Source: an uncultured Lachnospiraceae bacterium (GTDB lineage: Bacteria > Bacillota > Clostridia > Oscillospirales > CAG-272). Taken from it: 64,000 bases of DNA. A model generated the notes under the pieces. It worked only from the letters and a program-made list of their open reading frames with translations. It had not been told where the DNA came from and made no database searches. The stretch is taken from assembly GCA_964490165.1 (NCBI GenBank), contig CAZBAR010000004.1, positions 12,917-76,916 of the forward strand. The letters are read 5' to 3'. The translations under genes and the position numbers were made by a program. Shown here in pieces: positions 27,407 through 34,703 of the stretch (its first letter is position 1; each line of letters starts with the position of its first letter).

Positions 27407-28645
27407 CTATTTATTATTCTGACGTCGTATACCCAATAAGCGTATAAGGTCGTTCGCCGTGGCGCCTATTCCGCGATTCACCATTTTTATGTCCGACCAT
27501 TCGTTGTAAAGGGGAACTCTGACCTTTGCCATTTCCTCAAGATCGCTGCTTTGGGAAAGCGGTCGGTTCTTCGTTGCAAGCTTGCTTGTGGGGCGGAACA
27601 GATATACCACCGTTGAGTTTTGACGCAGGTGCGGCTTGTTGCGCTCTCTCGTAACGATTCCGCCTCCTGTGGATATAATGCATCCGCTTTTCTTTCCCGC
27701 TTCGGCAGCGCATTCGGTCTCAATACTGCGAAATACTTCCTCGCCGTCCTCGGCGAAGAGCTCAGGTATGGTCTTGCCTGCTTTCTTTTCGATCTCTGCG
27801 TCAAGGTCTATAAACGGACGCTGCAAAAACCTTGAAAGCTGTCTGCCTATAACTGTTTTTCCGCAGCCGGGCATACCGATAAGCACAATGTTTTTAGTGC
27901 TTGATGAAACAGCTTTTTCAATTTTTTCGGCAATAGCCATATCGTATTTGTTATCGGTAAACATTTCAGCGGACGCTACTGCCTGATACACCAGCATATG
28001 CAGACCGCCTATAGCCTTAATACCCGCCGCCTCGGCGTCCAGTACAAGACGGGTCTTGGAAGGATTGAAAATAATATCTATGACCCCTGAAAGACTGTCA
28101 AATATACTTATGTCGAGGGGAGAGGTGCCGTTGTCGGGATACATTCCCACGGGGGTGGTGTTTACTATTACGTCGGCATTTTTGTGTGTTTCGATATTGT
28201 TATAATTGTTCTCTCCGCCGCGCGATATAACTACTACCTCGCGTGCTCCCATATCGTCAAGAACCGCGCACACGGTGGCGGCAGCGCCTCCGCTGCCCAG
28301 CACCAGCACTTTTGCGCCTTTTATTCTGATCCTGCTTTTTTTGCAGAGGCTGTAAAATCCGAAATAGTCGGCGTTGTCGCCGTAAAGTGTACCGTCTGCG
28401 CGTCTGCGCACAACGTTTACACTGCCTATGGCTTTTGCGCGCTCTGACAGCTCGTCAAGATAGGGGATAACAGCCTTTTTGTAGGGTATCGTTACGTTTA
28501 TTGCCTGAAAATCGCCGTTTTTTATAAAGTCGGCAAGGTTATCGGGCGCGACCTCAAAAAGGCGGTAGTCGTATCCGCCGATCATTGAGTGTATCATTGG
28601 AGAATAGCTGTGGGAGAGGTGCTCCCCCAAAAGTCCGCAGGTCAT
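27407..28645 (-). CDS. aroE/aroK: bifunctional shikimate dehydrogenase / shikimate kinase
   Basis: The N-terminal half is AroE-like (GLLGEHLSHSYSPMIHS..NVTIPYK..GSGGAA). The C-terminal half carries a P-loop (IVLIGMPGCGKTVIGRQLS) and is shikimate kinase-like. Confidence 0.88.
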   Translation of the reverse strand: MTCGLLGEHLSHSYSPMIHSMIGGYDYRLFEVAPDNLADFIKNGDFQAINVTIPYKKAVIPYLDELSERAKAIGSVNVVRRRADGTLYGDNADYFGFYSLCKKSRIRIKGAKVLVLGSGGAAATVCAVLDDMGAREVVVISRGGENNYNNIETHKNADVIVNTTPVGMYPDNGTSPLDISIFDSLSGVIDIIFNPSKTRLVLDAEAAGIKAIGGLHMLVYQAVASAEMFTDNKYDMAIAEKIEKAVSSSTKNIVLIGMPGCGKTVIGRQLSRFLQRPFIDLDAEIEKKAGKTIPELFAEDGEEVFRSIETECAAEAGKKSGCIISTGGGIVTRERNKPHLRQNSTVVYLFRPTSKLATKNRPLSQSSDLEEMAKVRVPLYNEWSDIKMVNRGIGATANDLIRLLGIRRQNNK

Positions 28646-28660
28646 GGTGTGTCCTTTCCT

Positions 28661-29806
28661 TCAGACGGTCTCAGTATAAGAGCCGAGATATCTGAATTCC
28701 TCGCAGGTATTGTCAAGTCCGCAAATGAGCTGTCTGAAGCTGTCAGAATACACAGATGCGTCAAGGTCAAAATAAAACATAAATTCAAAATCCCTGTCAG
28801 GTATGGGGCGGCTTTCAAGCTTTGTAAGGTTTATGCCCAGAGCCTTAAAACGGGACATAACGCTGAACAGTGCGCCGGGGCGGTGAGGAGTGACCAGCAT
28901 AATGCTTGAACGGTCGGCGCCGGGGTATATTTCGGGGTGCTTTGAAATGCATATAAACCGTGTGTGGTTGTTTCCGTTGTCCTGAACGGAGGAGCTCAGC
29001 ACATCAAGTCCGTAAAGGTCGGCGCAGCGGCGGCTTGACAGCGCAGCTATGTCGCTGCGCGGGCTTTGGGCAACGGTCTTTGCAGCCTCAGCCGTGTTGC
29101 GGCATACTGTTACCTCCACGCCGAGGTTCTTCAAAAACTCGCCTGACTGCTCGATAGCCTGCTTGTGTGAGATGACCTCTTTTACATCAGATAGGGATGT
29201 TCCTCTTTTTGCAAGCAGCTGGTGATCGATGTGTATTCTTGTGCTCTTTACAATGTAGAATTTGTATTTCAGCATAAGGTCATATATTGCCTTCACGCTT
29301 CCGGCATTGGAATTTTCAATGGGCAAAACGCCGTAGTCGCATTTGCCGCCCTCTATTGCCTTAAAAACGTCTTCAAAGGTGGCGTAGTAGTTGATAGCGG
29401 GGTACAGAAAAAGCTTTTCCGCCGCTATTTGAGAGTATGCTCCCTCCACGCCCTGACACGCTACCTTGCCGCTTTTGGGAAATTGCTTCGGCGTTTGCGT
29501 CATTGCCTTGTCGATAAGCTCTAAGGTCGCAGAGGTCTTGTATATGCGGTTTTCCTGCTCGGCGCGGCTTACGTCGAAGAGGGTATTGTACAGGGCAAAT
29601 ACATATTCCTGCATATCGGCGGGAGCCTTTGAAGCCACATCGCACAGCTTTTCCCGTTCTCTGTTTGCGTCGTAAACGGGCATAGAATTTCTTATTTTAT
29701 AATCGGCTACGCCGCGCGCCGCTTCCATGCGGCGGCAGAACAGCTTAACCATTTCTTCGTCAATTGCGTCAATTTCCCGACGCAGTTCTTTCAGATCCTT
29801 TTCCAC
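28661..29806 (-). CDS. pheA: bifunctional chorismate mutase / prephenate dehydratase
   Basis: Chorismate mutase (CM) helix LRREIDAIDEEMVKLFCRRM. Prephenate dehydratase (PDT) domain ACQGVEGAYSQIAA..TRFICI. C-terminal ACT domain (SIMLVTPHRPGALFSVMSRF). Confidence 0.88.
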   Translation of the reverse strand: MEKDLKELRREIDAIDEEMVKLFCRRMEAARGVADYKIRNSMPVYDANREREKLCDVASKAPADMQEYVFALYNTLFDVSRAEQENRIYKTSATLELIDKAMTQTPKQFPKSGKVACQGVEGAYSQIAAEKLFLYPAINYYATFEDVFKAIEGGKCDYGVLPIENSNAGSVKAIYDLMLKYKFYIVKSTRIHIDHQLLAKRGTSLSDVKEVISHKQAIEQSGEFLKNLGVEVTVCRNTAEAAKTVAQSPRSDIAALSSRRCADLYGLDVLSSSVQDNGNNHTRFICISKHPEIYPGADRSSIMLVTPHRPGALFSVMSRFKALGINLTKLESRPIPDRDFEFMFYFDLDASVYSDSFRQLICGLDNTCEEFRYLGSYTETV

Positions 29807-29836
29807 AGAAAATACCGTACCTTTTTATTTTTTGAA

Positions 29837-30910
29837 TTAAAGCATCATATCAAGCAGTGCCACAGCTGCCGCAGCCTCGATAACGGGCACGGCGCGGTGA
29901 ACTATGCAGGGATCGTGCCTGCCGCCTATAACAAGGCGCTTCGGCTTCATTTCCGACAGCGAAACGCTGTCCTGCTCAACAGATATAGACGGGGTGGGCT
30001 TCATGGCAACTCTGAAAACAAGGGGCATAGTGCTTGTAATTCCGCCAAGCACTCCGCCGTGATCGTTTTTCATGGTTGCAACCTTGCCGTCTTTTATACA
30101 GAAGGGGTCATTATGCTCGCTTCCGCGCATAGCTGCAGCGCGAAATCCTGCGCCGAATTCTATTCCGCGCACAGCGGGCACGGCAAACACAGCCTCTGCG
30201 ATCCTGCCCTCAACGCCGTCAAACAGAGGACCGCCGATACCGCCTGGAAGCCCGGTAGCCACGCACTCAATAACTCCGCCTACAGAATCGCCGTCGCGGC
30301 GCGCATCAAGTATTCTTTCCTGCATTGCTTCGCCTGCGGCGTCATCTATTACGGGAAAGACTTTTTTTGAAGTGTCCCTGAGCTCTTCCGCCGTTACGTT
30401 TACGGGGTCAAAAGGCTTATCACTGACATCGGCTACGGATGCGATGTGCGCGCCTATGGTAATGCCTTTTTCGCCGAGTATTTGCAGCGCAATTGCTCCG
30501 ATTGCGCACAGGGGAGCGGTCATTCTGCCCGAGAATGGGCCGCCGCCTGCCATATCAACATCCTCACCCCATTTGAGACGCGCGGTATAGTCAGCGTGAG
30601 AGGGGCGGGGGCAGTCGGCAAACTGCGAATAATCGCGGCTGCGCTGATTTGTATTTTTTATCTGCATTTCAATAGTAGTGCCGTCGGTAACTCCGTCAGT
30701 CACACCGCGAACAAATTCTACCTTGTCAGGCTCTTTTCTCTGTGTAGAGAGCAGGCTCTGACCGGGTGCGCGGCGCTGCATAAATTCCTCAAGTGCGGCG
30801 GTGTCTATCTTTAGTCCGGCGGGTATTCCGTCTGCAATAACTCCTATAGCGGGAGCGTGAGACGCGCCGTAAATGCTGATCTTCAGTTTATCTCCGTAGG
30901 TTCTTGACAT
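29837..30910 (-). CDS. aroC: chorismate synthase
   Basis: MSRTYGDKLKISIYGASHAPAIG..GRHDPC. The start is set at ATG 30910, preceded by GGAG. The ORF-track start is a TTG. Confidence 0.92.
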   Translation of the reverse strand: MSRTYGDKLKISIYGASHAPAIGVIADGIPAGLKIDTAALEEFMQRRAPGQSLLSTQRKEPDKVEFVRGVTDGVTDGTTIEMQIKNTNQRSRDYSQFADCPRPSHADYTARLKWGEDVDMAGGGPFSGRMTAPLCAIGAIALQILGEKGITIGAHIASVADVSDKPFDPVNVTAEELRDTSKKVFPVIDDAAGEAMQERILDARRDGDSVGGVIECVATGLPGGIGGPLFDGVEGRIAEAVFAVPAVRGIEFGAGFRAAAMRGSEHNDPFCIKDGKVATMKNDHGGVLGGITSTMPLVFRVAMKPTPSISVEQDSVSLSEMKPKRLVIGGRHDPCIVHRAVPVIEAAAAVALLDMML

Positions 30911-30925
30911 ATCAATCTCCAAAAT

Positions 30926-32128
30926 TTATTCAAAAATTACCGAGCCGCCGAGACGCTTGAAATCCTCCCAGAACGAGGGATAGGATTTTGCGGCGGCCTC
31001 TGCGCCGTCAATAGTAACGCTGCCTGCTGCAACAGATGCGATAGCGGCAGACATTGCGATACGGTGATCACCCCAAGACGATACTCGTGCAGGGTGCAGG
31101 GTCGTGCCTTTTACAGAAAGACCGTCCTCGCGCTCTTTTATATTCGCGCCCATTGCGCCAAGCACCTGACAAATAGTCTTCAGCCTGTCGCTTTCTTTGA
31201 AGCGCAGCCGCCCGGCGTTATAAATAACAGTCTGACCTTGCCGCACACTTGCCGCAACGGCAAGAACAGGCACAAGGTCAGGTATGTCAGCCGCGTCCAG
31301 CAGGACCTTGCCCTCACCGGACAGCCTTTCAAGGCATTCGCACACTGCGCGGTCTCCTTGAAGCGAGTCACGAAGCAGTCCCGTAACTGTAACGGGAGCA
31401 CCGAGAGCGGCGGCGCACAGCCAGAATGCCGCGCCCGACCAGTCTCCCTCAACGGTCGCTTTTACGGGGGATATATAGCGCTGGGATCCGGGGATCTCAT
31501 AGCCGTCCTTTGTTTCCTTTACGGTAATGCCGAAATCGCGAAGCGCCCAAAGGGTCATACCGATATATGATTCAGACTCGCGAGAGCCTGTAAGATGTAT
31601 TTTGCTGTCGCCCTCGCAAAGGGGAAGGGCGAACAAAAGACCTGATATATATTGAGAAGAAACATCGGCGCGAAGAGTGTATTCCCCGCTGCCGAGCTTG
31701 CCGTTCACAAGCATTATTTCTTCGTCCTCGACAATACTCACGCCGTGAGAGCAAAGCTCATCTGTCAAAACGTTCATAGGACGAACACTGAGTCTGCCGC
31801 GGCGAATAAGCTTAGCTTTTGTGCCGAGGGCGGCAGCAACAGGCAAAAGAAAACGCAGCGTAGAGCCTGATTCGGCGCAGTCGAGGGTTGCCGTTTGCGG
31901 GGCAGTACCGCCGTTTACATAAAATTTGCCGTCAGTGTATGATATTTCGGCGCCCAGTGCTTTAAGGCATTTTACGGTTGCGGAGATGTCATCGGACAGG
32001 GTCTCGCAGCATATTTCGCAAGGCTCATCAGACAGCGCTGCGCATATAAGCAGCCGGTGCGCCATTGATTTTGAGGCTATTGCGGGAATAGTTCCGTGAA
32101 GGCCTTTTCCGTTTACGGTAACTGTCAT
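30926..32128 (-). CDS. aroA: 3-phosphoshikimate 1-carboxyvinyltransferase (EPSP synthase)
   Basis: MTVTVNGKGLHGTIPAIASKSMAHRLL.. with GGAG 8 nt upstream of ATG at 32128. The longer ORF-track N-terminus is judged spurious. Confidence 0.9.
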   Translation of the reverse strand: MTVTVNGKGLHGTIPAIASKSMAHRLLICAALSDEPCEICCETLSDDISATVKCLKALGAEISYTDGKFYVNGGTAPQTATLDCAESGSTLRFLLPVAAALGTKAKLIRRGRLSVRPMNVLTDELCSHGVSIVEDEEIMLVNGKLGSGEYTLRADVSSQYISGLLFALPLCEGDSKIHLTGSRESESYIGMTLWALRDFGITVKETKDGYEIPGSQRYISPVKATVEGDWSGAAFWLCAAALGAPVTVTGLLRDSLQGDRAVCECLERLSGEGKVLLDAADIPDLVPVLAVAASVRQGQTVIYNAGRLRFKESDRLKTICQVLGAMGANIKEREDGLSVKGTTLHPARVSSWGDHRIAMSAAIASVAAGSVTIDGAEAAAKSYPSFWEDFKRLGGSVIFE

Positions 32129-32163
32129 AATGATCTCCATTCCGCCGTCCTGCGGCGGTATAA

Positions 32164-32465
32164 GTCGAAAAGTCGAAAAAAACAGCAAGCAGGATTGAGT
32201 TTTTGCCGTTTTTTATTGTTCTGCTGCTTATATTTATCTTTTTCGACAGCCTGAATTATTATAATTGAGTTTGTCGAAAAACCTAACGGTTTTTTCGACA
32301 GAAAGTTCCGTGCGCTCGCGCCGTCGCGCCTCGAAGCTACGCTTCTCGACACTCGCAGAACTGCAAGGTGTGGGCTGGCGGCGGTGTATGTCCGCCTTGC
32401 CCACGGATTTTTATTTGTAATTGTTTACGCATTCATTTTTGTAATACTCATTACTTTTCCGACAG
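32164..32465. repeat. cluster of GTCGAAAAA / TTTTTCGACAG inverted-repeat motifs (family-A end-like) between aroB and aroA
   Basis: Motif copies occur at 32164, 32172, 32239 (inverted), 32272 and 32290 (inverted). Degenerate copies occur at 32342 and 32455. The pair 32272/32290 forms an 11-bp hairpin. Confidence 0.6.
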
Positions 32466-32486
32466 TCATAAACGAATTATCGGGAC

Positions 32487-33551
32487 TTATTCACTGAGTC
32501 CTGCGGCGAAAAATTCCTCAAGACTTGACGCATCTACGGGATATAAAACGGAGTGTCCCACTCTTTCGGGCAGGATAAGGGTGATCTTTTTCCCGTTTTT
32601 CTTTTTGTCGCCCATAGCAGCTGCGGCAAGCTCTGCTGCACTGTATTCGCAGCTCTCGCCGATGCCGTTCTTTTTCAAAAGCTCTGACACCTTTTCGGGA
32701 ACTGAAGCATCGCAAACTCCCAGCTGTGCCGCAGCCTTTGAGACTATAACCATACCGATAGCCACGGCAGCGCCGTGAGATATCTTATAGCTGCTGAGCT
32801 TTTCAATAGAGTGGGCGGCAGTGTGTCCGAGATTCAGCAGCGCGCGGCAGCCTGTGTCGCGCTCATCCTCATTTACTATGTCGCGCTTTATTTCAACGCA
32901 GGCGGTAATAATGTCCTCAAGCTGCTCGCGAATATTTCCGAGAAGCATATCTGGGCTCAGCTTGTCGCTTAAAAATGCGTATTTTATAACCTCGCCCATA
33001 CCGTCTGCAAAGATATCATCGGGCAGGGTATCTGTCATATCAGGGTCGCAGAAAACTGCTTCGGGCTGCCAGAAGCTGCCGCAAAGATTTTTGCCGCCGT
33101 CAAGGTCAACAGCGGTCTTTCCGCCGACTGAGGAGTCCACTGCGGCAAGAAGTGTGGTAGGCACCTGAACAAAGCGTATGCCGCGCATATATGTGGATGC
33201 CGCAAAGCCTGCAAGATCGCCTACAACGCCTCCTCCGAAAGCAACGATCGCGTCGCCGCGGTCAAAGGCATTCTCGCACAGAAAGTTCTGAAGGGACGCC
33301 CATGTGGCGATGCACTTGCTTTCCTCTCCTGCAGGAAATACGAATTTCACATAGTCATAGCCGAAAAGCACATTGCCGAGGCGCTCGCCGTAAAGTCTGT
33401 CAACGTTTGTATCGGTAACGACGCACAGACGCGCTGTGCCGATAACAGAGCGAATACGCTCGCCGAGAGTATCAAACACTCCCCGTCCTATTATAACGTT
33501 GTATGTTTTTGATTCAGCTTCAACTTTAACTGTTTTCATAGTTATGACCAT
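32487..33551 (-). CDS. aroB: 3-dehydroquinate synthase
   Basis: ..VVTDTNVDRLYG..GGGVVGDLAGFAASTYMRGIRFVQVPTTLLAAVDSSVGGKT. The start is ambiguous: ATG at 33551 or 33539. The ORF-track start at 33614 is unlikely. Confidence 0.9.
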   Translation of the reverse strand: MVITMKTVKVEAESKTYNVIIGRGVFDTLGERIRSVIGTARLCVVTDTNVDRLYGERLGNVLFGYDYVKFVFPAGEESKCIATWASLQNFLCENAFDRGDAIVAFGGGVVGDLAGFAASTYMRGIRFVQVPTTLLAAVDSSVGGKTAVDLDGGKNLCGSFWQPEAVFCDPDMTDTLPDDIFADGMGEVIKYAFLSDKLSPDMLLGNIREQLEDIITACVEIKRDIVNEDERDTGCRALLNLGHTAAHSIEKLSSYKISHGAAVAIGMVIVSKAAAQLGVCDASVPEKVSELLKKNGIGESCEYSAAELAAAAMGDKKKNGKKITLILPERVGHSVLYPVDASSLEEFFAAGLSE

Positions 33552-33618
33552 TGCTTCCTTTGAATTTGTTTTCAGACTTTGATCTTTTGATAAAAGCTCT
33601 GTAAAGCTCGGCAAACTT

Positions 33619-33646
33619 AAAAAATCACGCAGCGCTGCGTGATTTT
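33619..33646 (-). terminator. strong intrinsic terminator inside the aro operon leader (candidate attenuator)
   Basis: Minus strand reads AAAATCACGCAGC/GCTGCGTGATTTT, a perfect palindrome, followed by TTTTTT. It sits ~70 nt upstream of aroB. Confidence 0.6.
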
Positions 33647-33683
33647 GACATTATATCAAATTCAATTGCAGCACAAAAAGCTT

Positions 33684-33731
33684 TTACGCGGCGTAAAAGT
33701 AAAAAATGCTGTTGCAAAAGTAATTTTTCAT
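33684..33731 (-). CDS. candidate leader peptide MKNYFCNSIFYFYAA (15 codons, 3 Phe + 3 Tyr)
   Basis: GGAG-7 nt-ATG. The ORF is ATG AAA AAT TAC TTT TGC AAC AGC ATT TTT TAC TTT TAC GCC GCG TAA. Its 3' end lies inside hairpin 33681..33699. Confidence 0.45.
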   Translation of the reverse strand: MKNYFCNSIFYFYAA

Positions 33732-33760
33732 AGTTATGCTCCACTTTTTTTGCTACATAT

Positions 33761-33789
33761 ATTATAAAGCTATGAGCTATTTATGTCAA
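33761..33789 (-). promoter_or_regulatory. consensus sigma-70 promoter of the aro operon
   Basis: Minus strand reads TTGACA-17 nt-TATAAT, an exact consensus. Confidence 0.65.
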
Positions 33790-33892
33790 TACTTTTTCAT
33801 ATTATTTTGACGCCGCAGTCAAAGTATTCTGCATAAAAAAGCTGTCATTGGTAAAAAATATCGTTGAAACCTAAAGAAAGGAATACGAATTT

Positions 33893-34660
33893 ATGAACAA
33901 CAGTCAAAATGAATACGGCAGAGATCCTAAGGGAGGTGCGCGCAGTCTTTACGTAATGCTGCTTGTAATTCTTATGAGCGTTGCTGTAGTAGTTGCAGTG
34001 GCAGGATCTGTAGCAAAAAATGTAAAAAAGCCAACAACAAATACAACTGCCGTAACTACGTCCAAAAGAGACACAGACAGCAAAAGGGCAGATGATGCCT
34101 TGAATCTGAAGGAGGGCAGCGAGACTGACGGTGAGACCATGCCCGACACCGGTAAGGAAACAGAGCCTACTGCCGACGATGTAAACGACACAGAGCCGGC
34201 AGTCGCAGAAGCCGACGTGTTGCCTACATTTTCCGCACCCTGCGGCGGTGAGATAATGCGATGCTATACGGGCACTACTCCTGTTTTTTCAGTTACTATG
34301 GATGACTGGCGTACACATACCGGCATAGACGTTTATGCCGCTGCCGGAACAGAGGTGAGATCAGTAGCTGACGGTGTTATAAAAGACGTGTGGGACGACG
34401 CAATGATGGGAAGCTGCATATCTATAGAGCATTCAGGCGGTGCAGTAAGCGTGTATAAAAACCTGTCGGACGAAATTCCCGAGTGGATAGAAAAGGGCGT
34501 AAGCGTCAAGGCAGGAGATACTATTGCTTTGGCCGGAGAGAGCGCGCTGGAGGAGATCGCAGAGGAGAACCATTTGCATTTTGAATTGCAGGTAAACGGC
34601 GTGTCGGTGGATCCGCAGGCGTATATAGTCTTCTCAGACGAAACAAGCTATGATGAATAG
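33893..34660 (+). CDS. M23/LytM-family metallopeptidase, membrane-anchored
   Basis: N-terminal TM helix (LYVMLLVILMSVAVVVAVAG). HTGIDVYAAAGTEV..HLHFEL M23 motifs. Confidence 0.8.
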   Translation: MNNSQNEYGRDPKGGARSLYVMLLVILMSVAVVVAVAGSVAKNVKKPTTNTTAVTTSKRDTDSKRADDALNLKEGSETDGETMPDTGKETEPTADDVNDTEPAVAEADVLPTFSAPCGGEIMRCYTGTTPVFSVTMDDWRTHTGIDVYAAAGTEVRSVADGVIKDVWDDAMMGSCISIEHSGGAVSVYKNLSDEIPEWIEKGVSVKAGDTIALAGESALEEIAEENHLHFELQVNGVSVDPQAYIVFSDETSYDE

Positions 34661-34665
34661 AAAGC

Positions 34666-34694
34666 AAAAAGGCGCCGAAATTCGGCGCCTTTTT
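34666..34694. terminator. bidirectional intrinsic terminator
   Basis: AAAAAGGCGCCGAA-a-TTCGGCGCCTTTTT, between convergent genes. Confidence 0.75.
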
Positions 34695-34703
34695 CAGTGC
34701 TTG

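Noticed and set aside
32125-32778. ORFs 32125..32352 (-) and 32368..32778 (+) in and around the aroB-aroA spacer.
   Set aside because: They run through the repeat cluster or antisense to aroB. No SD site is present and the composition is odd. The spacer is better explained as repeat DNA.
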